Shown in pieces: positions 12,050-23,900 of a DNA stretch of 64,000 nucleotides. How positions within the stretch are numbered: the stretch's first letter is position 1; each line of letters opens with the position of its first letter. Made by a program: the position numbers and the translations under genes. The notes below the pieces were generated by a model. It ran no database searches. It was not told the origin of the DNA and saw nothing but the letters and a program-made list of their open reading frames with translations. Origin of the DNA: Eledone cirrhosa (lineage: Eukaryota); contig OZ024740.1 of the NCBI GenBank assembly GCA_964016885.1, positions 235,724,001 through 235,788,000 on the forward strand, written 5' to 3'.

Positions 12050-12258
12050 GGCTACTGTACTTTCAGAACACACACCTCTGCTGTTAATTCAGTCACTCAG
12101 GTAGCAGAAGCTGTCTACTGTTTCTACTGAGCCTTCCCAGAATTTGGTGGTACTTGTTTCCTGTGGTCGTTTGCTGCTTACTGTCCTGGTGCAACATGTA
12201 AAGCCTACATTCTTAGCTAAACTTCCTGAGATTCCACTACATCTCTTGTGTATCCATT
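12050..12258 (-). mobile_element. RTE LINE internal fragment
   Basis: Reverse-complement homology to 47520-47720. Confidence 0.7.
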
Positions 12259-12395
12259 ATTAGTTAGTAGAAATCCCGCTGAGGTTAACTTTGCCTTTCA
12301 TCCTTATGGGGTCGATAAAATAAAGTACCAGTAATGCACTGGGTAATTGCTGGCCTTGTGCCAAAAAGTAGAAACAATTATTAGTTAGTAGAAAC
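12257..12395 (+). mobile_element. 5'-truncated SINE family A with target-site duplication
   Basis: attattagttagtagaaa flanks the fragment on both sides. Confidence 0.75.
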
Positions 12396-12882
12396 AATTA
12401 TTAGTTATTAGATCATCAAAGTTCTTTCATCACACATTCTGTGACCTTCTCAATGACTATTTATTTTCCTTTGTGCCTCCTCTTCTTTCTGGTCTTATTT
12501 TGCTTACTCTATCTTGTCTTTCTGATATATAACTTTTGAAAATCATGAAACTTGTGAAACCAGTAAAGTTATAAGTAAGATTGCATTTGTAAATTATTGA
12601 TACATTCCAGCTGTCAAGTATCTATACAGTTTCATTATGTCCACTTTTCTCACAAGGCCTAGGTTGACCCAAGTCTATAGTAAATGACAATTACTCAAGA
12701 TGCCACGCAATGGGCCAGAACTTTGGATCTCATGGTTGTGAAGCAAACTTTTTAACTACTCAGCTATTTCAGCATATAGATGTATGCCTCTCACTCTCTC
12801 TCTCACTCACTCTCTTTCTCTCTCACTCACTCTCTTTCTCTATCACTCACTCTCTCTTTCTCTCTCACTCACACTCTCTCTC

Positions 12883-12920
<38 letters not shown>

Positions 12921-13267
12921 TCTTTCTCTCTCTCACTCTCACTCTCTCTCTCTGTGAATTTATCTATGTATATGATGTATGTGTGCATATCATCATCACC
13001 ATCCTACATTCTTTTTCTATGCTGGCATGGGTTAAACAGATTGGCCTGGTGGGGGGAATCACATCTTTGGCATAGTTTCTACAGCTGGACACCCTTCCTA
13101 ATACCAACCACTTTACAGAGTACCCAAAGTGCATTGTATCACGGCACCAGTACTACGCTACCACCTACAGAATGTACCGGGTGCAGGAATATTTTCTCTA
13201 CCTTTTCATCAGCATACATTTGATATTTTTATCCATACAAGCCATTCTAGCATGGAAAACAGACATC

Positions 13268-13853
13268 TGGTGATGATGGTGATGATGATGATGGTGGTGG
13301 TGGTGGTGGTGGTTGTGGTGAGGATGATGATGGAGGTGGTGGTGGTAGTGGTTGTGGTGATGGTGGGGGGGGGGGTGATGATGAAGGTAGTGGTGGAGGT
13401 GATGGTGATGGTAGTGGTGGTGGTGGTGGTGGTGGTGATGGTAGTTGTGGCGGCGGTGGTGGTGGTTATGATGATGGAGGTGGTGGTGGTGGTTGTGGTG
13501 ATGGCGGTGGGTGGGGGGGGGGGGGGTGATGAAGGTAGTGGTAGGGGTGATGGTGATTGTGGTGATGATGATGGTAGTGGTAGTGGTGGTGGTGGTGGTG
13601 GTGATGGTAGTTGTGGCGGCGGTGGTGGTGGTTATGATGATGGTGATGGTGATGGTGGTGTGGTGTGGTGGGATGGTGATGATTGTGATGGTGGTTGTGG
13701 CGGTGGTGGTGGTGGTGGTGGTGGTGGTTATAATGATGGTGGTGGTTGTGGTGGGATGGTGATGGTTGTGGTGGTGGTGATGGTGATGGTGGGATGGTGG
13801 TGATGATGATAATGGTGGTGGTGGTGGTGGTGGTGGTGGTGGGAGGATGGTAG

Positions 13854-13884
<31 letters not shown>

Positions 13885-13925
13885 AAAGGTGGTGGAGGTG
13901 ATGATGATGGTGTTGGTGTTGGTGG
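13268..13925. repeat. (GGT/GAT)n low-complexity trinucleotide tract with internal duplication
   Basis: Direct inspection; source of the poly-V/poly-G ORFs. Confidence 0.9.
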
Positions 13926-14299
13926 CATACTATGTTGTTCCATACATTCAGTTTCTACACCTATTTATTATTTATTAATTTTCAATTTTCTATATGCATA
14001 TTTTATTCCCCACCCACCCCCACCGCTCTTCTTAATCTCTTCTTCCAGTGATTTCTTTTTCAAATAGCTGTTGCTTTACCTTAATTTATATTTCAGCATT
14101 TCTTTCCAGCACCCAATTAAAACTTGTTATGATATTCACGTGTTTTCTTCATTTTCTGTCATATAGCAGTTAATATAGACATCAAAATTGCCTCAAAATC
14201 AAAAATAAGAAGCTTGGGATAATATGTGATATTTTTAGCTTACAATAAATATGCTATACATCTTTTCTTTCAGTTTTAGATCTCATCATACTCCTCCTC

Positions 14300-14890
14300 T
14301 TCCATCCACATCTACAGTATCAGAGCCGCAGATTTTTGTTGAGGAAACTCCAACTATATCTAGCCGGTAGCATCTAGCCTCCTCTACTAGTTCCTGCTCC
14401 TTACTTGTTCCAGGTTCCAATTGTCAAGGTTTGCTCCCATCTGGACCCTCTTTGGGGTTTCAGGATACGGAATCCTTGTGCGTTCAACCCACACCTCCCA
14501 GTTTTTTCAGCATGAAATGGAGATTGCAATATATTTTTCAAACAGGCCCTTCTACCTAAGGCCTGAACATGTCCCTTGTTAACCTGCATGAAGGACGATG
14601 TGGTATGGTTATTTTTGCTCCTCTCACCATATTACAGTTGAAGTTTCGGGGTCTTATTCATACCAGTCACCAATCTGATACTTTGTCAATCCTGTGAAGA
14701 CTAGGCTTTTTAGGGGCTGCCTTTACTCACCTCGTCATAGTTATATCAGTGTCGTGAGAGTTTTCTGGGGAGTTACAGGTGTCACCCATTGCCCCATCTC
14801 CCCTACTAGTTTACTGCTGTTGGTCCAGGTGCCGCTTATATCACAACTACCCATTATATCAGGTGGCTGTATCACTATCCATCACCTGTG
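14300..14890 (-). mobile_element. RTE LINE 5' fragment (start of the AP endonuclease)
   Basis: Minus strand LTIGTWN followed by frameshifted KEQELVEEARCYRLDIVGVSSTK. Confidence 0.75.
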
Positions 14891-15326
14891 ACCCATTCTC
14901 TAGCAGAACAGCTCTGCTGAGAATGAAATTGAAGCTGTTATTTAATTTAAATCCTTAAGTTTCATTTTACTCTGCTTATGTCAAAAATACACTTTGAGGA
15001 GAAAGACATGAATGTCACCAAATCTCATTTTCCTTCTTATATGAATCTGAACCATTTTATAAATGTAAGGTATCAATATTTAAATAGTCATATTAATCAT
15101 TTTGTTTTGGTAAGTTCCTAATATTCCAAATTTGAGACCAGTGTATTGAAGCTATTTCTACTTCACTTTGTCTATTAATGACTTTGGGACTGGTTGGCTG
15201 ACACAGTTAACATCTATCATAATGTTCATCTCATATTCCGGCATTTAAAAATCAGGTTCATTTCCAAAAGATTAATAACTGAATAAAAATGATTACTTTC
15301 TACAACTGTTTCTACAGTTGTTTCAG

Positions 15327-15539
15327 TTAACCCTTTAGCATTTAAACTGGCTATATCTGGCCAGAATTCTCTCATCACTTTCTGTTCAAATTGGCTGTAA
15401 CTGGCTGCTCATACTGATGTTAAGGTATTCTTCTCAAAATAAATATCAATATCTCATAGATTCGATATTATGTGAGATAAAGCCTTTACCATGAAAACAT
15501 AATAGTATATATAGAGTAATGTAAATGCTAAAATGTTAA
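15327..15539 (+). mobile_element. piggyBac-type MITE (TTAA TSD included)
   Basis: TTAA-CCCTTTAGCATTTA ... TAAATGCTAAAATG-TTAA. Confidence 0.8.
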
Positions 15540-15623
15540 ATCTTCCATTAGATGCTAGTAATAATATATCCACTTTTACAATAATATATCCACTTTTAAT
15601 GATTTTGTTTTTATTTCATTCAG

Positions 15624-15689
15624 TTCTCCAAGGAACCCTCACCAAAAACTTGTCAAACGAATCATTGCGCTAGAAGGAGACAACATTCG
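15624..15689 (+). CDS. IMMP2L: Internal exon of mitochondrial inner membrane protease subunit 2 (peptidase S26; catalytic-Lys exon)
   Basis: Acceptor tttttatttcattcag| and donor |gtaaga; 66 nt, phase 2 at both ends. Translates (x)SPRNPHQKLVKRIIALEGDNIR, matching vertebrate IMMP2L [22 protein letters not shown] from memory. Paralogue IMMP1L fits less well but was not excluded by search. Confidence 0.88.
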
Positions 15690-15883
15690 GTAAGATATTT
15701 CACAATTTCTTGTTGTTAATGATGTGATTGGTCTTTCTTGTCAATTTGTTGATATGAAATGAGAACTATCAAAAGATTGTGTTCTTATTGGTATTTGTTT
15801 AGATTTGGATGTATTAAATATGTATTAACCCTTCAGCAGTGAGTCAGTATGAATTAGGAACTTAATGGGAAAAAATGATATCA

Positions 15884-16112
15884 TTAACCCTTTAGCATTT
15901 ACATAACTCTATATTTACTATTATATTTTCGCAGTAAAGGCTTTACCTCACATAATTATCTCACATAATATCGAATTTATGAGATTTTGATATTATTTAT
16001 CTTGAGAATAATACCTTAATATCGGTATGAGTGGCCGGTTACAGCCAGTTTGAACAGAAAAAGGTGAGAGAATTATGGCCAGATATGGCTGGTTTAAATG
16101 CTAAAGGGTTAA
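15884..16112 (-). mobile_element. piggyBac-type MITE, same family, opposite orientation
   Basis: TTAA-CCCTTTAGCATTTA ... TAAATGCTAAAGGG-TTAA; the interior is the reverse complement of 15331-15535. Confidence 0.85.
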
Positions 16113-16589
16113 GTGTTATGTTAATGTTGGGGTAACTGAACAAATACCAATACATTGAATACTGTATTCATTTCTGTGGACTTTATCCTTTCTTACTGAT
16201 AAAACCTAATTTCTTTTCTCTGCAAAAATGTCATACTTGATATTTGATCTGTTTTTAACTGGATGTTAATTCAATAATGTGGCACCAGAAGGTGACTCAG
16301 CAGTGTGAATCAGACTGTGACACAATGTGCTGTGGGAGTAGATAGAAATACAGTAATGTCAAAGCAGAATGTCACATAATTGTGCTGCACTAGGTGTTAA
16401 GACATTTGTGTGCTATCAGATTGAGACATTGTAGTGTGAGAAGAGATGGTGACACAATAATGTGGCAATAGAAGGTGATACAGCAAATGTTGACACAGTG
16501 GTGTTAGACCAGATGGTAACAGCATGGTGTGAAAAGGTGTAAAACCAGAAGGTGACAATGATGTGGCACAAGACAAAGACACCTTCATG

Positions 16590-17010
16590 TGATATCAGAT
16601 GGTGTCACAGCACTATAGACACTCTAGTGTCATATCAGATGATATCACAGTACTATAGACACACTAGTGTCACATCAGGTAATATCAGAGTACTATACAC
16701 ACTCTAGTGTCACATCAGATGATATCACAGTACTATACACACTCTAGTGTCACATCAGATGATATCACAGTACTATACACACTCTAGTGTCACATCAGAT
16801 GGTGTCACACCACTATAGACACTCTAGTGTCATATCAGATGATATCCCAGTACTATAGACACACTAGTGTCACATCAGGTAATATCACAGTACCATAGAC
16901 ACTCTAGTGTCACATCAGGTAATATCACAGTACCATAGACACACTAGTGTCACATCAGATGGTGTCACAGTACTATAGACACACTGGTGTGACATAAGAT
17001 GGTGTCAGAG
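16590..17010. repeat. 40-bp minisatellite, about 10 copies
   Basis: Unit acactctagtgtcacatcagatgatatcacagtactatag; degenerate relatives at 16280-16590. Confidence 0.92.
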
Positions 17011-17124
17011 TTGTGCAGGGGAGTCTATGTAGTTATTTGATGTGCTGGATATGGCACCCAAATCTCCTCTGTCTTATCATACCTCAACATCTTAGAAAAG
17101 GAATAATGGAGGACACATTGGACA

Positions 17125-17414
17125 GTCTTGTCCTTTCGGAAACATTTTTTCACGCTCAGAGTTGCTGAAGCATGGAAAAAACTCCCAGCATCAGTTGTTA
17201 GCTGTCGAGACACTGCATCCTTTAAAACCTCCATGCTTCCCGAAATTCACCAACATTACACCTGATAACCCCCCTCCATACACACACACACATGTATATC
17301 ATGACTCATATACTGTTCACTTTCCTGACATTTGTACATTATTCTATGTACTATACATGCACCTTTGATGAGTTGTAGTGCACCTGAGCACTGTACACAA
17401 TAATTACATTATTA
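17125..17414 (+). mobile_element. CR1-like LINE 3' end
   Basis: FRKHFFTLRVAEAWKKLPASVVSCRDTASFK* followed by a short UTR and (att)n. Confidence 0.75.
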
Positions 17415-20250
17415 TCTATATATTAATACACTAATACCTACGTACCGTCCGACCGCGTGTGTCACGCTTTCAGTAAAACAATGGAAGTGGGGTAGTAAAC
17501 AATCTACGAAAATCTGCGGCGAAAGAAAATGAAAGAGCATTGCAACATAGAGAAAGGAATGGGTTTAATATATTTAGAGAGATAGGGGTGTGTGTCATGT
17601 TTTCAGTAATTACATGCTTAACCCTCAGTTTGTTATTTTTTTTTGTTACAAGTTTTTATTTATGACAAACATCATCTCTAACCACTTTCTTATACCAGCT
17701 AAGTGTTCTTCATAATTAATGAAACAACCATTCTTAAAAATGGAAGATAGAATAAGTCAACAAAGAGAGGCAGTGAGAGAGCCATAAAGAAGACAACGAC
17801 AACGGTTATGAGCAGAAGAGAGGCAAGCAATCCGTGACCGTAATTGAGAACAAATGCAAGAAAGGAGGAATGATATGAGCCAAGAGGAGAGAGAAGCTTA
17901 TCTACAGAATAGAAGAAGCTGAGATCATGATAGAAGAAATAAAATGAATCCAGAGGAGCGAGAAGCTCATCTATAGAATAGAAGAAGTGCAGATCATGGC
18001 AGAAGAAATAACATGAATCCAGAGGAGAGAGAAGCTTATCTACAGAATAGAAGAAACAGAGTTCAAGAGCGAAGAAATGACATGAATCTAGAAGAGAGAG
18101 AAACTTATCTACAGAATATGAAAAACAGAGATCACGAGAGAAGAAATGACACAAATCCAGAGGAGAGAGAATTTTATCTAGAGAATATGACAGTTCAACA
18201 GCGACGAAATGCCATAATTGAAGAGCAGCCTTTACGTTTCCATATTGATGATATGAATGTCATTTGTCAATACTGTGAATGTCATTTGTCAATACTGTTC
18301 TCAGGAGAACCCCTGAATTGCTGCCACAATGGAAAAGTATTACTTCCTGCTTTACAAGAATATCCTGATAACCTTAGGCTATTATTTGATATAAATAACC
18401 ACAAAGGATCTAATTTTAGCAACAACATAAAAAATTATAATTCTGCCTTTGCATTTGCTTCTTTTGGTGCCAATATCAAACCTCCACTGGAACGTGGCCC
18501 TTATTGCTTCCGGTTACAAGGCCAAATATATCATTATGCCAGCAACTTGCATCCAAACGAAAATGAACAGAGAAGATATGGTTAGCTCTACATCATTGAA
18601 ACAAATGAAGCAATCCATACCCGAGAAAATGCTAATGAAAATGCAAATTGCTTATTATCGGTGTTTGAACAAATAATGGTTTCAATGAATAATAATCCTT
18701 ATGCAGCAGCATACAATAATATGAGAACTGTTGAAATGCAAGAACAACAGCGAGCTGCAATAGAAAATATCCCTTCTAGAAAAGTAACCATGAAATTCAT
18801 AGCTGGCCATGATGCAAGAAGATACAATAATCCAACAAAGATGGAGTGCCACCACTACATCGTGATATTGTTGTATATCCTATAGGACAACATAAAGAGA
18901 GAATATCGTACATTTCTTGCCACTTAGACCCCATGGTATATCTTCTTCTCTTTCCAAATCACGATCAAGGATGGCATATTAACATGCTGCACATACAACA
19001 TCATCAAACAAGAGTTTGTAACAAAGTAACAATGCAGGAATTCTACGCATTCCACTTGGCCATAAGAGGCAGTTTCAGTGTAATATATCGAGCGCGAAAA
19101 TTATTTCAGCAATGAATTGTTGATGCATATATAACGGAATACTGCTATGTTTTACCGGCGAAGATTCGAAGCCGAATCTGAGCTTTCCCACCTCTGGGAC
19201 AATCTATCGTTGGAAATTCTCGCCATTGTCCTGTCAAGACAACGATGATAAATGTACATTCCATTTGACCTGTGACCCCAATCTCTTGGGAGATGCTAAC
19301 CACAGGTCAGAACATAAATCAACCTCATATATCTATCCTTCTAACTTTAGCACTTATTATAAATACAAGGAGTTGGGGAACCAAAAGGTCAGACTCGAAG
19401 CAAGAGTCAACAAGATAAGCGATATAGGCATTAGCAGAACTTTCACTCTATCTTTCTCCTGGTCCTTACTGGCTTACCCTCTTGGCCACTGACACAGCCA
19501 GACAGGTCAGACAAGAAGCGGCAGTCAACAAGATAAGCGATGTAGCATCAGTAGACCTTTCACTCTATCTTTCTCCTGGCCCTTACTGGCTTACCTCCTC
19601 GGCCACCGAAACAGCCAGACAGCCAGCCATGCCTGCCTGACAGCTTGACCATTACTACTATAAGAATAGGCACACACACACGCATATTGTTATATTATAC
19701 TCTCATCCTATTCTACCGGTAATATTGTATCTGCAAGAGACAACACAACTCATATTATATAGTCTTACATGCATTCACATAGCTCGTAGCAGCTACCAAT
19801 TTTCTGAACGGATATTTTCATGTCATAAATTTTATTATTCAATGTTCAAATTGAATATTGTTATTATAAAATAAACATTGTAAACAACTCAATCATGGCA
19901 TTATTCTTTTCATCAAAACTAACACACAAAGAATACAACTTATCCGTTACTCATATGTTAAAGTAGAGGGATGTTGCTTGAATTTCATTGAAAATAACCA
20001 AGCACAGTTGAGAGTAGCAATGTACTCTGGATCACCTAGCGAGAAACAATGAAATTGATGAGCCAGGAGTCCCTGTTATTCTGCCTTCAATTTTCACTGG
20101 GAGCCCAAGGAATATGCAACAATCATATAGTTTGAAAATATGGAAAACCTGACCTATTTATAACTTATACGTGCAATCCAAAATGCCAAGAAATTACCAA
20201 AAATCTAATGCCTCACGAAACAGCTCAAAACAGGCCAGATTTAGTAGTGT
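17415..20250 (+). mobile_element. Decayed autonomous-type Helitron, 5' half (RepHel N-terminus and start of Rep)
   Basis: 5' TCTATATA; motifs CCHNGKVLLP, NYNSAFAFAS, FRLQGQIYH, DPMVYLLLFP, KLFQQ*IVDAY, VILPSIFTGSPRNM, YGKPDLFITYTCNP, NRPDLVV; stops and frameshifts; no 3' end found. Confidence 0.92.
19130..19951 (+). mobile_element. Solo LTR (Gypsy-like) inserted in the Helitron ORF
   Basis: 4-bp TSD CATA; inverted ends tataacgga/tccgttact; internal direct repeat of about 110 bp; AATAAA near 19870; removal restores GAT GCA TAT GTT AAA (DAYVK). Confidence 0.75.
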
Positions 20251-20339
20251 TTGCTGCACACCAGGTTCGAACATGTGAAATCCCACTTGAAATCCCACTG
20301 TCAACTCTCTCACCCTCTCTGTATTATGAGCAAATGGAG

Positions 20340-20585
20340 CCCCACTTGTTGACCACCCCATGTGTTGGCCACCCCACAGCCTCGGTGGACAGAATGGAGA
20401 AGATGTTTGCCCAGTAAAGGAGATACACTGGAAAAGCCATTCCATCTTGCGAGGCTCACACCTGCGGCTAGCCAGCTCAGTGCCTATGGTAGTAAGTAAG
20501 GAGGTAGCCCTAGGGCCAAGGACACGAGAAGTCTCCACTGTTAGGGGCACGACCGCAAACCTGTCGGAGAGCGATCCTGGTAATG
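20340..20585 (-). mobile_element. CRE-like LINE 3' fragment (restriction-like endonuclease C-terminus)
   Basis: DRFAVVPLTVETSRVLGPRATSLLTTIGTELASRRCEPRKMEWLFQCIS. Confidence 0.7.
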
Positions 20586-20934
20586 TTAGTGGTGGTGGTG
20601 GTAATGGTAGGGATGATGGGTGTAGGTGCTGCCACGACAACCACCTGTATATGTCTGATTCAGATTCATATAACAAAAACATGACCACCCACTTCCATAT
20701 TAAACTCCAGTGGCAGCCAGCTGATAGTGAGGGTGGTGGTGACGGCCATGTTACACTGCACTAACATGTAAACATCTGTACTATCTGTTTCCTCAGCGAC
20801 ACATTGCATGTTGCACCTGTCCACATAGCACTGACGCATCATATTGTGCACCTAATGTATGGCGTCATGTGACATTGAGAAAGCCAACCACAGACAACCA
20901 GAATGTATGTGTGTGTGTCTACATCTATGCATCT

Positions 20935-23900
20935 GTATGTGTCGGTGTTTGTGTGTGTGTGTGTGTGTGTTTCTGTATCTAGTGTTAGTGTGTCTGTGTA
21001 CATGTGTGTCGGTGTTTGTGTGTCGCCGTGTGTGTGTTTCTGTATCTAGTGTTAGTGTGTCTGTGTACATGTGTGTCGCCGTGTGTTGTGTGTGTGTGTG
21101 TTTCTGTATCTAGTGTTAGTGTGTCTGTGTACATGTGTGTCGCCGTGTGTTGTGTGTGTGTGTGTTTCTGTATCTAGTGTTAGTGTGTCTGTGTACATGT
21201 GTGTCGCCGTGTGTTGTGTGTGTGTGTGTTTCTGTATCTAGTGTTAGTGTGTCTGTGTACATGTGTGTCGCCGTGTGTTGTGTGTGTGTGTGTGTGTTTC
21301 TGTATCTAGTGTTAGTGTGTCTGAGTACATGTGTGTCGCCGTGTGTTGTGTGTGTGTGTGTTTCTGTATCTAGTGTTAGTGTGTCTGTGTACATGTGTGT
21401 CGCCGTGTGTTGTGTGTGTGTGTGTGTGTTTCTGTATCTAGTGTTAGTGTGTCTGAGTACATGTGTGTCGCCGTGTGTTGTGTGTGTGTGTGTTTCTGTA
21501 TCTAGTGTTAGTGTGTCTGTGTACATGTGTGTCGCCGTGTGTTGTGTGTGTGTGTGTTTCTGTATCTAGTGTTAGTGTGTCTGTGTACATGTGTGTCGCC
21601 GTGTGTTGTGTGTGTGTGTGTTTCTGTATCTAGTGTTAGTGTGTCTGTGTACATGTGTGTCGCCGTGTGTTGTGTGTGTGTGTGTGTGTTTCTGTATCTA
21701 GTGTTAGTGTGTCTGAGTACATGTGTGTCGCCGTGTGTTGTGTGTGTGTGTGTTTCTGTATCTAGTGTTAGTGTGTCTGTGTACATGTGTGTCGCCGTGT
21801 GTTGTGTGTGTGTGTTTCTGTATCTAGTGTTAGTGTGTCTGAGTACATGTGTGTCGCCGTGTGTTGTGTGTGTGTGTGTTTCTGTATCTAGTGTTAGTGT
21901 GTCTGTGTACATGTGTGTCGCCGTGTGTTGTGTGTGTGTGTGTTTCTGTATCTAGTGTTAGTGTGTCTGTGTACATGTGTGTCGCCGTGTGTTGTGTGTG
22001 TGTGTGTTTCTGTATCTAGTGTTAGTGTGTCTGTGTACATGTGTGTCGCCGTGTGTTGTGTGTGTGTGTGTTTCTGTATCTAGTGTTAGTGTGTCTGTGT
22101 ACATGTGTGTCGCCGTGTGTTGTGTGTGTGTGTGTGTGTTTCTGTATCTAGTGTTAGTGTGTCTGAGTACATGTGTGTCGCCGTGTGTTGTGTGTGTGTG
22201 TGTTTCTGTATCTAGTGTTAGTGTGTCTGTGTACATGTGTGTCGCCGTGTGTTGTGTGTGTGTGTGTGTGTTTCTGTATCTAGTGTTAGTGTGTCTGAGT
22301 ACATGTGTGTCGCCGTGTGTTGTGTGTGTGTGTGTTTCTGTATCTAGTGTTAGTGTGTCTGTGTACATGTGTGTCGCCGTGTGTTGTGTGTGTGTGTGTT
22401 TCTGTATCTAGTGTTAGTGTGTCTGTGTACATGTGTGTCGCCGTGTGTTGTGTGTGTGTGTGTTTCTGTATCTAGTGTTAGTGTGTCTGTGTACATGTGT
22501 GTCGCCGTGTGTTGTGTGTGTGTGTGTTTCTGTATCTAGTGTTAGTGTGTCTGTGTACATGTGTGTCGCCGTGTGTTGTGTGTGTGTGTGTGTGTTTCTG
22601 TATCTAGTGTTAGTGTGTCTGTGTACATGTGTGTCGCCGTGTGTTGTGTGTGTGTGTGTTTCTGTATCTAGTGTTAGTGTGTCTGTGTACATGTGTGTCG
22701 CCGTGTGTTGTGTGTGTGTGTGTTTCTGTATCTAGTGTTAGTGTGTCTGTGTACATGTGTGTCGCCGTGTGTTGTGTGTGTGTGTGTTTCTGTATCTAGT
22801 GTTAGTGTGTCTGAGTACATGTGTGTCGCCGTGTGTTGTGTGTGTGTGTGTTTCTGTATCTAGTGTTAGTGTGTCTGTGTACATGTGTGTCGCCGTGTGT
22901 TGTGTGTGTGTGTGTGTGTTTCTGTATCTAGTGTTAGTGTGTCTGTGTACATGTGTGTCGCCGTGTGTTGTGTGTGTGTGTGTGTGTGTTTCTGTATCTA
23001 GTGTTAGTGTGTCTGTGTACATGTGTGTCGCCGTGTGTTGTGTGTGTGTGTGTTTCTGTATCTAGTGTTAGTGTGTCTGAGTACATGTGTGTCGCCGTGT
23101 GTTGTGTGTGTGTGTGTGTGTTTCTGTATCTAGTGTTAGTGTGTCTGTGTACATGTGTGTCGCCGTGTGTTGTGTGTGTGTGTGTTTCTGTATCTAGTGT
23201 TAGTGTGTCTGAGTACATGTGTGTCGCCGTGTGTTGTGTGTGTGTGTGTTTCTGTATCTAGTGTTAGTGTGTCTGTGTACATGTGTGTCGCCGTGTGTTG
23301 TGTGTGTGTGTGTGTGTTTCTGTATCTAGTGTTAGTGTGTCTGTGTACATGTGTGTCGCCGTGTGTTGTGTGTGTGTGTGTTTCTGTATCTAGTGTTAGT
23401 GTGTCTGTGTACATGTGTGTCGCCGTGTGTTGTGTGTGTGTGTGTTTCTGTATCTAGTGTTAGTGTGTCTGTGTACATGTGTGTCGCCGTGTGTTGTGTG
23501 TGTGTGTGTTTCTGTATCTAGTGTTAGTGTGTCTGTGTATATGTGTGTCGCCGTGTGTTGTGTGTGGGTGTGTGTGTTTCTGTATCTAGTGTTAGTGTGT
23601 CTGTGTACATGTGTGTCGCCGTGTGTTGTGTGTGTGTGTGTTTCTGTATCTAGTGTTAGTGTGTCTGTGTACATGTGTGTCGCCGTGTGTTGTGTGTGTG
23701 TGTGTTTCTGTATCTAGTGTTAGTGTGTCTGTGTACATGTGTGTCGCCGTGTGTTGTGTGTGTGTGTGTTTCTGTATCTAGTGTTAGTGTGTCTGTGTAC
23801 ATGTGTGTCGCCGTGTGTTGTGTGTGTGTGTGTTTCTGTATCTAGTGTTAGTGTGTCTGTGTACATGTGTGTCGCCGTGTGTTGTGTGTGTGTGTGTGTG

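Noticed and set aside
13129-13803. 224-aa Val/Gly-rich ORF
   Set aside because: Translation of (GGT/GAT)n with no domain or splice support
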